Origin: an uncultured Clostridia bacterium
GTDB taxonomy: Bacteria; Bacillota; Clostridia; TANB77; CAG-508
Reading direction: 5' to 3'
Assembly (NCBI GenBank): GCA_949927455.1
Contig: CATLEX010000001.1
Location: forward strand, 222-64,221
DNA: 64,000 nt
The notes under the pieces were generated by a model. That model saw only the letters and a list, made by a program, of their open reading frames with translations. It was not told the DNA's origin and did not search any database. Below, piece by piece: positions 50,268-62,041 of this stretch. A program made the translations under genes and the position numbers. The first letter of the stretch is position 1, and the number at the start of each line of letters is the position of its first letter.

Positions 50268-51767
50268 TCACATTAGTGGTGCAACTAGCCTTAATATTCC
50301 TTGCCAAACAGCTTTTAACAAACTTGGCATTGCCTCTTCCTTGGTAATTTTATGACTTTTTTGAATCGTATCTTCCAAATCTCTTTTTATATCTTTTATA
50401 CAAGCTACATCTTCTAAATATGTTCCACATTCAAAATGCAAATATAAACTTCTATAATCCAAATTAATGGTTCCCACAGTAGCAATATGGCCATCTGCTA
50501 CAAATACTTTAGCATGTACAAATCCAGGTGTATACTTATAAACTTTCACACCAGAGTTCACAAGCGATTCAACATACGATTCTGATACTGTATACACCAA
50601 TTTTTTATCTGGAATACCTGGTATAACAATTCTAACATCAACCCCTCTTTTAGCAGCCAAACTTAGTGCATTAATCATATCTGTATCAATAATTAAGTAA
50701 GGCGTAAAAATATACACATAATGATTTGCTTGATTGATAATATTCAAATAAATATCTTCTCCTGTAATTTCACTATCTAACGGACTTTCTCCATATGGTA
50801 CTACATAACCATTTTCCAAAACTTTGTCTTTAAAATCATATTTGAATATTGTAAAATCTTCGTCTTCTTTTCGAAAAGCATTCCACAAACTTAAAAACAA
50901 AACTGTATAATTCCAAACAGCATCTCCTACTACTTTTATTCCATTATCTTTCCAATGCCCATAAGGACTATTGATATTAATATATTCATCAGCAATATTA
51001 ATTCCACCAGAAAAAGCAACTTTTCCATCTATCACTAATATTTTTCTATGGTCACGATTATTCATAATCACACCAGATATTGGATGCAATTTATTAAATA
51101 CTTCACATTGAATTCCCTTTTTCTCTAGTTCTTTGGGATATGATTTTTTGAGTGTTGGAAGGCATCCTAAATCATCGTACATAACTCTGACATCAACGCC
51201 TTGCTTTGCTTTTTCTTCTAAAATTTCGAGGATAGCATTCCACATTGTCCCTTGATTTACAATAAAATATTCAAAAAAGATAAATTTTTCTGCCTTCTTT
51301 AACTCTTCTAACATTGCCTTAAAAGCATCTTCTCCTAATGGATAATACATAACCTCATTATTCTTAGTAACTGGATAGCCAGAAAAATCACTCAAATATC
51401 GAATTCTGCTATTATCCTTAAATTCTTTTCTAATTTTAGGATTTTGTACAAAATATTTTTTGGCATCTTTTTCACTTTGCACAATACTTTTTAACACTTT
51501 GCTGTTATGTTTATTGTTTCCAATTATAAAATACATTAATGTTCCAACAAGTGGATAGTACAATAATATAATAATCCATGGTAACGTATATGAATAACTT
51601 TTACTATTTCTGATTAATCCTAGCACTAGCAAAAATCCTAATATTCCATAAAATACACTAATCATTGCAATATGTTCCCCTAAAAATAGGTAAACTGATA
51701 AGGTAAGTAAAATTTGTAAAGCTAGACCAAACGCTACAACTATTCCTCTTTTAATCGCCATTTTCAT
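50268..51767 (-). CDS. cls: Cardiolipin synthase
   Basis: N-terminal TM segments and two HKD motifs (HRKILVIDG and HAKVFVADG). Confidence 0.9.
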   Translation of the reverse strand: MKMAIKRGIVVAFGLALQILLTLSVYLFLGEHIAMISVFYGILGFLLVLGLIRNSKSYSYTLPWIIILLYYPLVGTLMYFIIGNNKHNSKVLKSIVQSEKDAKKYFVQNPKIRKEFKDNSRIRYLSDFSGYPVTKNNEVMYYPLGEDAFKAMLEELKKAEKFIFFEYFIVNQGTMWNAILEILEEKAKQGVDVRVMYDDLGCLPTLKKSYPKELEKKGIQCEVFNKLHPISGVIMNNRDHRKILVIDGKVAFSGGINIADEYININSPYGHWKDNGIKVVGDAVWNYTVLFLSLWNAFRKEDEDFTIFKYDFKDKVLENGYVVPYGESPLDSEITGEDIYLNIINQANHYVYIFTPYLIIDTDMINALSLAAKRGVDVRIVIPGIPDKKLVYTVSESYVESLVNSGVKVYKYTPGFVHAKVFVADGHIATVGTINLDYRSLYLHFECGTYLEDVACIKDIKRDLEDTIQKSHKITKEEAMPSLLKAVWQGILRLVAPLM

Positions 51768-51797
51768 ATATTTTCTCTCTTTCTTATCTGCAATCTC

Positions 51798-52301
51798 TTA
51801 ATTTTTCCAAAAATCTTTGATAAAACTTCTTACAAACTCCCAACGATTTTTCAAAAATTGCCCACTTTCGAAAATTTGCTCAACTTCCTCATAAGTCGCC
51901 CATTTTACATCCGATACTTCCTCTTTTTGTATCACAATATCCTGCAAGTCAATTTCCTGCTTTATGATGTATTCATCTAACCATACATCACCTGTTTGAT
52001 AAGTTGTAATTAACTGCAAATCTTGACAATTTAAGTGTATTCCTAATTCTTCCAAAGTTTCTCTTTGAATAGTCTGCAAACTTGTTTCTCCTTTTATCAC
52101 AGAACCTCCTGTCATTGCCCAAACATTAGGAGAAAGTCTTTTATTCGGTGAACGTTTTTGAATTAAAATTTGATTTTTAGAATTCACAATCCAAACATCA
52201 GCCCCTTTATGATAACGTCCCTCTGGAATTGGCTCTCCAGCTTGCATAATCTCGTCTGTTTCATTTCCATTTTCATCCAATAAATCCCAAATCTCTGTCA
52301 T
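51798..52301 (-). CDS. NUDIX hydrolase
   Basis: Nudix box GGSVIKGETSLQTIQRETLEELGI. Confidence 0.8.
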   Translation of the reverse strand: MTEIWDLLDENGNETDEIMQAGEPIPEGRYHKGADVWIVNSKNQILIQKRSPNKRLSPNVWAMTGGSVIKGETSLQTIQRETLEELGIHLNCQDLQLITTYQTGDVWLDEYIIKQEIDLQDIVIQKEEVSDVKWATYEEVEQIFESGQFLKNRWEFVRSFIKDFWKN

Positions 52302-52341
52302 TTTTTGCCTTCTTTCTTTTCAAAATTTTGCGCAACTAAAG

Positions 52342-53145
52342 CTATAATTCTATTACCTCCAAATCATCTGGCACATAAATATTTCCTTTAAAATATTCTT
52401 TTGCTTCTTTGGTATACAACTCTTTTCTCTCTTCGATACAATTATCTTTTGTATGCCAAAGCACCAAATTTTTTACATCTAAATCCTGCATTGCTTGGCT
52501 CACATCTTTGACTGTAGAATGATTAATCTGATGTGGATGAAATAAATCATTTTCCGCTTCACGACAAAAAACTTCATGACAAACCCAATCTGTATTTCTA
52601 ATTTTATCAACATTTTTTTCACTACAAGGCACATCTCCTAAAAATGTAAAAACTTTCCCATTATTTAATTTTGTTTGAAAACCAAATTCAATAAATTTAT
52701 TTGGATATAAATCTAACATTTTGACTTGATAACCTATAATAGAATATTCTTGCTCATTTTCAATTTCATGAAAAATTACGTTTTTATAATACACATCAAT
52801 ATGCACATCATGAAATGTATCTAAAATAAATCTTTCTATTATTTCATGCACTTCTTTTGCACAATATAGATTTACATTTCCTTGATATTTGTTTTTGGGT
52901 ATATCTCGACATATTACTCGCAATAGTGGAAAAATTCCAAGCAAATGGTCTACATGTTTATGCGAAATAAAAATATCATGAACTTGGTTCAAAGTTACAT
53001 TTGCCTTCTGTATTTGATTTAAAATCTGCGCTCCTGCTCCTGTATCTACCAAAAAGTATTGATCCTGATTTTGTAGCAAAAAACATGTATTATAACATTT
53101 TGTTGTCAAACCTCCACCAGTTCCTAAAACCAATAATTTTTCCAT
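52342..53145 (-). CDS. MBL-fold metallo-hydrolase
   Basis: FISHKHVDHLLG (HxHxDH motif). Confidence 0.75.
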   Translation of the reverse strand: MEKLLVLGTGGGLTTKCYNTCFLLQNQDQYFLVDTGAGAQILNQIQKANVTLNQVHDIFISHKHVDHLLGIFPLLRVICRDIPKNKYQGNVNLYCAKEVHEIIERFILDTFHDVHIDVYYKNVIFHEIENEQEYSIIGYQVKMLDLYPNKFIEFGFQTKLNNGKVFTFLGDVPCSEKNVDKIRNTDWVCHEVFCREAENDLFHPHQINHSTVKDVSQAMQDLDVKNLVLWHTKDNCIEERKELYTKEAKEYFKGNIYVPDDLEVIEL

Positions 53146-53154
53146 ATAAACCTC

Positions 53155-53589
53155 CTATTTAAAAGTCTTAATCATCTCTAATGGATAGTTTCTGTGATTT
53201 TTGACATCTTGCACATGATCCAAAAACAATTCATATTCCCTTAAAGTAGCTTTATCCATTTTTTCTGCGTCTTCTGGCGTTACCCATTTAACATCTAAAA
53301 TTTCATCTTTATCAAATGCAATTTCGCCACCAATTCTTTTGGCATTAAATATAATTCTCACATGATTTAAACCATGTATCATATTTCTTTGTATAGACAT
53401 AATTCCAGTAATTTCTATATCCAAACCAGTTTCTTCTTTCGCTTCTCGCATTGCACCTTCTAGCAAATCTTCCTCATCATCCAAATGACCACCCGGCAAA
53501 TTCCACAAACCATACGCTTTTGGAATTCCCTCTTGTACAATCAAAAATTTCCCTTCCTCTTGAATACAAACACTTACAATTATATGCAT
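53155..53589 (-). CDS. NUDIX hydrolase
   Basis: Nudix box GGHLDDEEDLLEGAMREAKEETGL. Confidence 0.85.
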   Translation of the reverse strand: MHIIVSVCIQEEGKFLIVQEGIPKAYGLWNLPGGHLDDEEDLLEGAMREAKEETGLDIEITGIMSIQRNMIHGLNHVRIIFNAKRIGGEIAFDKDEILDVKWVTPEDAEKMDKATLREYELFLDHVQDVKNHRNYPLEMIKTFK

Positions 53590-53591
53590 TT

Positions 53592-54041
53592 TTATACCTC
53601 CTCACATTCTTTTCTATCCATAACTCTGATAATATCCAAAGAATAAATTTCACTTTCCTCCATTTGTCTAATGTCTTCTAAAATATGTTCATAAGCCCTT
53701 AACTCATTCCTTGGCATTTTCTTAATTTCTTCTATTTCCATCCACTTGACATCTAAAATTTCATTTTTATCAAACTGAATATTTTCTTCTAATAATTCTG
53801 TCAAAAAAATAATTCTTACAAGACTTGGTTTTCTTGAAGATAAAATCGGCAAAACTTTCGTCAATTTTACTTTGCAACCTGTTTCTTCAAAAATTTCGCG
53901 AACAGCTCCTTCAAAAATACTTTCTCCATCATCTAACTTTCCAGTTGGCAAGTTCCATTGCCCATAGCAATTTTCTTGCGCCTCTTGTATCATTAATATT
54001 TTGTTTTCTTTTCGAATAATTCCTCCTACCAATACTCTCAA
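53592..54041 (-). CDS. NUDIX hydrolase (start trimmed to TTG 54041 after gaagg; the track ORF to 54155 would overlap the upstream gene)
   Basis: Nudix box TGKLDDGESIFEGAVREIFEETGC. Confidence 0.75.
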   Translation of the reverse strand: MRVLVGGIIRKENKILMIQEAQENCYGQWNLPTGKLDDGESIFEGAVREIFEETGCKVKLTKVLPILSSRKPSLVRIIFLTELLEENIQFDKNEILDVKWMEIEEIKKMPRNELRAYEHILEDIRQMEESEIYSLDIIRVMDRKECEEV

Positions 54042-54060
54042 AATTTTAACCTTCTTTCTT

Positions 54061-54711
54061 TTAAACTTTTCGAACAGCACAATTCCAAACAATTTTCTCT
54101 TTAAAATATCGCAACATTTTTTCTTCTTGAATTTTCTCAATTTTCCAATCTGCAAAAAATTCTTTTATACTTTCTTCATGAAAAACTCTTTTGCTTTTTT
54201 GCTGTTTTTCTTCCCAGAAAAAATCCTTATCTAGTGTACTTTGTTTTAACATATAATTATCATCATGAATAGAATTCACACGAAATAAAAGCAATCCATT
54301 TGGTTTCAAAATTCTTTTGATTTCTGCAATCATTTTCTTGGTCACTTCTTTTGTAAAATAATGCAAACACAAATCAGCAATTACAATATCTGTATAATTA
54401 TCTTCAATCGGAAACTTTTGTGTCATATCAAATAATTTCGTTTTCGCTTGTGGAACGTCCTTTTGCAAAGTCTCAATTGCCACTTCTGAAATATCACACG
54501 CCAAAACTTCTTTTCCTTTTTCGATTAAAAAATAGGTATTATTTCCCAATCCACAACCCAAATCGACAATTACAGTTTCACATTTTTCAATTTCTGCCTC
54601 ATAATCTGCAAGCCAATTATCATAAGCAATTTCTCTATTTTTTACTTTTGGGTCACCATTCATTTCCATAAACCTTTGATTAAACACTTCTTTACTGGTA
54701 TATTCCTGCAT
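54061..54711 (-). CDS. Class I SAM-dependent methyltransferase
   Basis: Motif I VIVDLGCGLGNNT and post-I LACDISEVAI. Confidence 0.8.
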   Translation of the reverse strand: MQEYTSKEVFNQRFMEMNGDPKVKNREIAYDNWLADYEAEIEKCETVIVDLGCGLGNNTYFLIEKGKEVLACDISEVAIETLQKDVPQAKTKLFDMTQKFPIEDNYTDIVIADLCLHYFTKEVTKKMIAEIKRILKPNGLLLFRVNSIHDDNYMLKQSTLDKDFFWEEKQQKSKRVFHEESIKEFFADWKIEKIQEEKMLRYFKEKIVWNCAVRKV

Positions 54712-54758
54712 ATCTTTTCTCCTTTGTATATTTATATCACAAATAACATAAAAAAGAA

Positions 54759-54803
54759 AGGGTTGTAAAAAAATTTATTTTTCTAAAACTTTTTTACAAC
54801 CTC
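54759..54803. repeat. Hairpin related to the palindromic repeat family (GGTTGTAAAAAA...TTTTTTACAACC)
   Basis: agggttgtaaaaaaatttatttttctaaaacttttttacaacctc. It shares the TGTAAAAAA/TTTTTTACA arms. Confidence 0.5.
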
Positions 54804-54809
54804 TAAAAA

Positions 54810-56078
54810 TTAATCTTTTGAAACCATATATTCTATATCTTGTTTGTTATATTCTTCTGGATTTAAACCAACTCTTTTTTGCATATATTTTAATATCAAT
54901 AATATCAAGACAAGTCCTACTGCTCCTATCATAAAATATGCTTTACTTGTACTATAATATTCTAACAACAAACCAGCTAAAAAAGAAATTAACATTCTTG
55001 CCACTCTTTTCACAAATTTACTAGCTGATAAAATTTTTACACGAATAGCTGGATTTGTAAAATTGGTAATATATTTATTTTCTAGTGTCCAATAAGGAGC
55101 TCTCAAAAAATGCTGCACACAAAACATACTAAACACAACTATTATCGTAACCATTCTATTTTCCCAAAAGCCTGCAACCATGCCAATCACAATAAAAGAT
55201 ATAAAAACTGGAATAGACAAAAAAGCTAATGTTTTATTGCTAAATTTTCTATGTATTCTATCTTGAAATTGTACTGCAAAACATTGCACCAAAGTTAGAA
55301 TTGCAAAAATAATCCCAAAATATTGTGGCTTTACATTTAAGTCTTTTAATAAACTTTTTTCATAAGTGGAAATCATCATCAAAATTCCAACAAATAAGGA
55401 CATAAATAGTAACAGTGCTTTTAATCTTTTAGATTGAAAAATAAAACTAAATCCTTTTTTCAAATCATTTACACTTTCTGCAATTGTTGTATTTTTCTTT
55501 TCTTCTCCCTCTATTTCTTCAAAACGATAAGCAATGATAACTGCCAGCAAGGAAGTTAAAGTAGATAATATAATGGGAATATATGGATTAATTACAAACA
55601 AATAGCCTGCCAAAACAGATGAAATCGCCATTAAAGCATAACTAGCTGACGAACCTTTAGCATCAATTTTTCCTAGCGAATTCTTACCTTTGCAAACTTT
55701 GGTAGCATCATATAGCACACTACATTCCGAAATGTCTTTCATGGAAGTTCCTAATGCTAATATCATATATGCCATTAATAAAATAGCAAAATGATTAGTA
55801 AAAATCATCATAGCAACTTGAATTGTGACTAAAAAATTACCAAATATCAATGATTCTCTACTTCCCAATTTTTCAATTAAAATGGTAGATGGAATTTGTA
55901 AAGTTAACCCAAATAATGAATAAGCAGATTCTGCATACAACACTTTTGCCGCATCAATTCCTTTTACTTGCGTTAAAAACAAAAATATAACAGCTGAATA
56001 AAATAATGGGTCCCAACCAATTGCTTTATAAACTGGATAAATTCTTCGATTATATTTCATCGCTATATCTTGTCTCAT
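54810..56078 (-). CDS. MFS-type transporter
   Basis: 422 aa with about 12 hydrophobic segments. The family call is by architecture only. Confidence 0.6.
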   Translation of the reverse strand: MRQDIAMKYNRRIYPVYKAIGWDPLFYSAVIFLFLTQVKGIDAAKVLYAESAYSLFGLTLQIPSTILIEKLGSRESLIFGNFLVTIQVAMMIFTNHFAILLMAYMILALGTSMKDISECSVLYDATKVCKGKNSLGKIDAKGSSASYALMAISSVLAGYLFVINPYIPIILSTLTSLLAVIIAYRFEEIEGEEKKNTTIAESVNDLKKGFSFIFQSKRLKALLLFMSLFVGILMMISTYEKSLLKDLNVKPQYFGIIFAILTLVQCFAVQFQDRIHRKFSNKTLAFLSIPVFISFIVIGMVAGFWENRMVTIIVVFSMFCVQHFLRAPYWTLENKYITNFTNPAIRVKILSASKFVKRVARMLISFLAGLLLEYYSTSKAYFMIGAVGLVLILLILKYMQKRVGLNPEEYNKQDIEYMVSKD

Positions 56079-56103
56079 ATATTTCTCCTTCGTATTTTCG
56101 TTC

Positions 56104-56643
56104 TTATTTTAGTTTCAACAATTCTTCTCTTAAAACTTCGTACTTGTCCCAAATCTCTTCTGGCACATATTTCTGCCATTCTTGCTTTTTATCCTGCACC
56201 AAAAACTCCCTTAATTTTGTAGCAGAAATATTGATTTTATTACGTGCTATCATAAGTTCTGAAAACTTTTTACTGTCCTCATCTGAAAACCAGCCTTTGC
56301 GCGACTCATCTTTGCCATACACCATTAAATCTGGCAACCTGCCAATCATTTTTTCCACATTTTCTAATATGTAACTTCCCCATTCAAAACAAATATCATC
56401 TTCATTTGTCATGTCGTCTAAGGCACAAATGCTTACATCATTTTGTGCATAAATTTGAGAAATCATTTCTTTTCTTATTTCTAATTTAAAAGGATTTCTA
56501 GAGGTTCCGCTTTCCTGAGCAGAACCGATCAAAATAAGTGTTTTTTTGCATAAATTTCTAGTTACATCAATCAATTGTTTATGCCCTTTATGAAACGTTT
56601 GAAATCTCCCCAAAACTAAACCTAGTTCAAAAATCTTTTCCAT
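56104..56643 (-). CDS. Cytidylyltransferase-superfamily nucleotidyltransferase (NMN adenylyltransferase-like)
   Basis: (H/T)xGH motif in GRFQTFHKGHKQL, plus ISATKLRE near the C-terminus. Confidence 0.65.
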   Translation of the reverse strand: MEKIFELGLVLGRFQTFHKGHKQLIDVTRNLCKKTLILIGSAQESGTSRNPFKLEIRKEMISQIYAQNDVSICALDDMTNEDDICFEWGSYILENVEKMIGRLPDLMVYGKDESRKGWFSDEDSKKFSELMIARNKINISATKLREFLVQDKKQEWQKYVPEEIWDKYEVLREELLKLK

Positions 56644-56652
56644 TTTTTCTCC

Positions 56653-56895
56653 TTATAAATACGTTCCTGTTTCTACTCTTTTTGCTTGCTTAATTAAATA
56701 ATCATATTGTGCTTGGTCTGACTTAATTTTATACGTATAATAATCTACCAAACTTTGATCATCAATGTACTGCAAATTAGCATAATCAGCTTCTAAGTTT
56801 CTCTTTGTTTTCTCAAGATTACTCATGAGTTCTTCATACGAACTTGCTTGTGCTTGATTCGTCACCTTAATTTCTTTAATAAATTCTTCTTCCAT
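56653..56895 (-). CDS. Hypothetical 80-aa protein
   Basis: ORF only. It is tightly packed between the engB and nucleotidyltransferase genes. Confidence 0.4.
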   Translation of the reverse strand: MEEEFIKEIKVTNQAQASSYEELMSNLEKTKRNLEADYANLQYIDDQSLVDYYTYKIKSDQAQYDYLIKQAKRVETGTYL

Positions 56896-56924
56896 AAAAT
56901 CACCGCTACTATTTTATGCAATTT

Positions 56925-57509
56925 TCAATTTTTTATGTATTTTTCAATTTCTTGCCAAACTTTTTCTGTATAAATTTTCCTCTCAGCAGAAAATGGTAAA
57001 ATTGTGCTATATGAGATCCCTAAAAACTGTTTGATTTTCTCAACTTCTGTCTCTACTTTTGTAACAGCAATTTTATCAGCTTTATTCGTCACAACCATAA
57101 ATGGCAAATTAGAGCGCAAAATATAATCATACATCAGCAAATCGTCTTGTGTTGGCTTATGACGAATATCAAGCAAATGTACGACTAACGCAATATTTTC
57201 ACGCTTTTGCAAATATTCTTCAATATAATTTCCTGAAATAATTTTTTCTTGTTTGGACATTTTACTATAACCATAACCTGGCAAATCCACAAAATAAAAT
57301 AAATCGTCAATATTATAAAAATTAATTTGTCGTGTTTTTCCTGGCGTATTACTTGTCCTTGCCAAACTCTTTCGATTTAACATGGTATTAATAAAAGAAG
57401 ATTTTCCTACATTCGATTTTCCTACTAACACAATTTCTGGCAAGTTTCCTTTCGGATACTGTTTCGGTCCCACTGCCGATATTTCAAATTTTGGATTTTT
57501 AACAATCAT
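56925..57509 (-). CDS. engB: Ribosome-biogenesis GTPase EngB/YsxC
   Basis: G1 GKSNVGKSSFIN, G3 DLPGYG and G4 TNKADK. ATG 57509 follows aaggag. Confidence 0.9.
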   Translation of the reverse strand: MIVKNPKFEISAVGPKQYPKGNLPEIVLVGKSNVGKSSFINTMLNRKSLARTSNTPGKTRQINFYNIDDLFYFVDLPGYGYSKMSKQEKIISGNYIEEYLQKRENIALVVHLLDIRHKPTQDDLLMYDYILRSNLPFMVVTNKADKIAVTKVETEVEKIKQFLGISYSTILPFSAERKIYTEKVWQEIEKYIKN

Positions 57510-57551
57510 ATCTTTCTCCTTTTTTATCATTCCATAACTTGTAAGTTATCG

Positions 57552-58403
57552 CTACTTTCTTGTACTACAACTTCCGCCTTTACTTTCATAATAATCTTGT
57601 AAAGCATGTACCACTTCTGGAACAGATTTTAATGAATCAATATCAATTTCTTTATATATTTTTTCATCACCTGTTTTTTCAATTATTTCTCCCCCATCCT
57701 TAATCTTTATATAAAAAGTTTCTTCTTCTCCATTTAATTCACAAACGATTGTTGCTTCAGTTGTTAAATTATGAGATTTTGGAAAAATAGTAAAATTTCC
57801 AATTATCGCTACTAGCACAATTGTAATGATAAAAATTATTTTTTTATTGGATTTTTTTATAAACAAACAAAACATAATGATTAGAAAAATTACATCTAAA
57901 ATAGCTCCTAAAAGTTGAGTCTTTGAATAGTAAAATTTTAAACAATTATTAATTGTATCTATCAACATTCCTGCAATCGGTAAAGCATATAAAATATTGC
58001 TAAACTGATTATTTCTATTCCAATAATAAAGGATATAGGCAACTATTCCACATATGATTGATATCATAATCCAAAAAAATAAATGACTCCATTCTATTAA
58101 ACCATCTACTATAACATTTGGTGTAAAAAATTTAATTAGTCCCTGCAACAAATAAAAACTACAACACATACTTGCTAAATATAAGAAAGTATTAATCATT
58201 GCATTTTTATTAGAACAACTCAAATATATCATAAAAGTAGTTGTAAATATCCAAAAGCCAAATGCTCCTGCAATAGAACTCAAGCCTAACATATCATTAT
58301 TAGGCAGTAAATTTACTAACTCCGTTACTGCGCCAATAATTAAACCAAAAACAACTATTTTTATATATGATTTTTTATTATCTTGTAATTTTATTTTTTT
58401 CAT
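57552..58403 (-). CDS. Hypothetical polytopic membrane protein
   Basis: 283 aa with about 7 hydrophobic segments and a soluble C-terminal tail. Confidence 0.5.
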   Translation of the reverse strand: MKKIKLQDNKKSYIKIVVFGLIIGAVTELVNLLPNNDMLGLSSIAGAFGFWIFTTTFMIYLSCSNKNAMINTFLYLASMCCSFYLLQGLIKFFTPNVIVDGLIEWSHLFFWIMISIICGIVAYILYYWNRNNQFSNILYALPIAGMLIDTINNCLKFYYSKTQLLGAILDVIFLIIMFCLFIKKSNKKIIFIITIVLVAIIGNFTIFPKSHNLTTEATIVCELNGEEETFYIKIKDGGEIIEKTGDEKIYKEIDIDSLKSVPEVVHALQDYYESKGGSCSTRK

Positions 58404-58434
58404 TTTCTCTCCATTTACATTTGTGATTTATTGC

Positions 58435-58755
58435 TTACATTAATTTCAAAAAATGTCCTATAACACCAATAACACTTCCTAAAACAATAGACATTATTGT
58501 CATTGCTACTGGGCTTTTTTTATCTTCTTTCGCAACTAAAATAATAACTGGAATTGCCATAAGAATAGCGATAACTCCTCCTCTTAACCACCATATATTA
58601 CCAAACCAATTAATTCCAAAAATAACAAAAGGAACGATTAAATAATATACAAATGCTGATAGTATTGAGTATTTATCGACTTTCATTTTAATCATTGGTA
58701 ATACATCTATTACTCCTGCAACTATTCCAATCAATAATGTTAATAAGAAATTCAT
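58435..58755 (-). CDS. Hypothetical small membrane protein
   Basis: 106 aa with 4 hydrophobic segments. RBS aaggaggtg upstream. Confidence 0.5.
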   Translation of the reverse strand: MNFLLTLLIGIVAGVIDVLPMIKMKVDKYSILSAFVYYLIVPFVIFGINWFGNIWWLRGGVIAILMAIPVIILVAKEDKKSPVAMTIMSIVLGSVIGVIGHFLKLM

Positions 58756-58956
58756 TTACTTCACCTCCTTTTTATAATACCAATTCCTTTTTACATTTTA
58801 CCACAAATTTCAAAAAAAGAAAGTCATTTTTGAGATTTATTTTATAAAATTTACATAACATTAAATTTTTGCTTTACTTTTTCCAAATTTTGTGATATAC
58901 TTTTTTTGACTTGAAGTGAGATGAAGTTTATTTTGAAAATGAAAAGGAGGAATAAA

Positions 58957-60504
58957 ATGAAAGCCTTAATTAGTGTATCTGACAAAACTGGCATTATCGA
59001 ATTTGCCAAAGAACTAGAAGGTCTTGGTATTGAAATTATTTCAACTGGTGGAACCTACAAAAAACTAAAAGAAGCCAACATAAATGCTATCGAAATTTCT
59101 GATTTAACAGGATTTCCAGAATGTTTGGACGGACGTGTAAAAACCCTACATCCAAAAGTCCATGCAGGAATTTTGGCAATGCGAAGCAATCCAAATCATA
59201 TGAAGCAATTGGCTGATTTGAATGTTGATACTATTGATTTTGTTGTTGTTAATTTGTATCCATTTAAACAAACTATTCTAAAAGAACATGTTTCACGCGA
59301 GGAATGTGTTGAAAATATTGATATTGGTGGTCCAACAATGCTTCGTTCTGCTGCAAAAAATTACCAAGATGTAACTGTCATCACAGATCCTGCAGATTAC
59401 GAAAAAGTTTTAACCGAATTAAAGGAAAACAAAAAAGTATCTCTTGATACAAAATTTTACTTAATGCAAAAAGTATTTGAACATACTGCAAACTATGATG
59501 CCATGATTTGCAATTACATAAAAAACGAACGTGCTGATCATTCATACCCTGCTACACTTTCTTTAACCTTTGAAAAAGTACAAGAAATGCGTTATGGTGA
59601 AAATCCACATCAAACTGGCTGTTTGTATAAAGAAGTTGGAAAATGTGAAGGTTCTCTAGTCACAGCAAAGCAATTAAATGGCAAAGAGTTATCTTTTAAC
59701 AATATCAATGACACCAATGGTGCCTTAGAACTTCTAAAAGAATTTGACGAACCAACCATTGTTGCTTGTAAACATGGAAATCCTTGTGGAGTTGGTAGTG
59801 ACAACAATATTTACAAAGCTTGGCAAAAAGCATACTCTGCTGATAACATGTCCATTTTTGGAGGCATTGTTGTTTCTAATCGTGAAATCACAGAAGAAAT
59901 TGCAAAAGAAATGTCAGAAATGTTTTTGGAGGTCATTGTTGCTCCTTCCTACACAGAACAAGCTCTAAAAACATTACAAAAAAAGAAAAATGTTCGTGTT
60001 TTAGAACTACCAGAAATTACTGTAAAACAACCTAAAAATTCATATGATATCAAAAAAATCAATGGTGGCATTATTGTTCAAACCATTGATGCAAAATTGC
60101 TAGATAACTATGAAGTTGTAACAGACCGTGCTCCAACTGAAAAGGAATTGGAAGATTTGATGTTTGCTTGGAAAGTTGTCAAGTTTGTGAAATCCAACGG
60201 AATTGCACTTGCTAAAGATAAGCAAACCGTTGGTATTGGTCCTGGACAAGTAAATCGAATCTGGTCAACCAAACAATGTGTAGAACATGCGAAAGAATTA
60301 ATAAGCGAAACTGCAACACAAAACGCCATTTTAGCATCAGATGCTTTTTTCCCTTTTGACGACTGCGTGGAAGCTGCTCATGCAGCAGGAATTACTGCTA
60401 TTATTCAACCTGGCGGTGCAAAAAAAGATCAACTTTCAATTGACAAATGCAATGAATATGGCATAACCATGATTTTCACTCACATGAGACATTTTAAGCA
60501 TTAA
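58957..60504 (+). CDS. purH: Bifunctional AICAR transformylase / IMP cyclohydrolase
   Basis: ALISVSDKTGIIEFAKEL...GRVKTLHPKVHAGIL...MRHFKH C-terminus. ATG 58957 follows aggagg. Confidence 0.95.
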   Translation: MKALISVSDKTGIIEFAKELEGLGIEIISTGGTYKKLKEANINAIEISDLTGFPECLDGRVKTLHPKVHAGILAMRSNPNHMKQLADLNVDTIDFVVVNLYPFKQTILKEHVSREECVENIDIGGPTMLRSAAKNYQDVTVITDPADYEKVLTELKENKKVSLDTKFYLMQKVFEHTANYDAMICNYIKNERADHSYPATLSLTFEKVQEMRYGENPHQTGCLYKEVGKCEGSLVTAKQLNGKELSFNNINDTNGALELLKEFDEPTIVACKHGNPCGVGSDNNIYKAWQKAYSADNMSIFGGIVVSNREITEEIAKEMSEMFLEVIVAPSYTEQALKTLQKKKNVRVLELPEITVKQPKNSYDIKKINGGIIVQTIDAKLLDNYEVVTDRAPTEKELEDLMFAWKVVKFVKSNGIALAKDKQTVGIGPGQVNRIWSTKQCVEHAKELISETATQNAILASDAFFPFDDCVEAAHAAGITAIIQPGGAKKDQLSIDKCNEYGITMIFTHMRHFKH

Positions 60505-60514
60505 GCTAAATTTT

Positions 60515-60545
60515 AAGTGCTAGATAATCTCTAGCACTTTTTGTC
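60515..60545 (+). terminator. purH terminator
   Basis: aagtgctag-ataatct-ctagcactt followed by tttg. Confidence 0.65.
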
Positions 60546-60636
60546 ATATTTTGGCCAAAAAACTTTCTTAAAATTCATATTTTTATCTTCTATCAAAAAA
60601 GAGACCCGTTTTTCACGAAGCCTCTATTGGCAATTT

Positions 60637-62035
<1,399 letters not shown>

Positions 62036-62041
62036 TTTCTA

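Noticed and set aside
53592-54155. 95-nt overlap between the third NUDIX ORF and the methyltransferase gene
   Set aside because: The overlap disappears with a TTG start at 54041 preceded by gaagg. The upstream extension (MQIGKLRKFKKKKCC...) is a lysine-rich read-through of the neighbouring gene's 3' end.
58756-58956. Purine riboswitch or PurR box upstream of purH
   Set aside because: The region is A+T-rich with a plausible extended -10 promoter, but it lacks the conserved purine-riboswitch junction and loop sequences.
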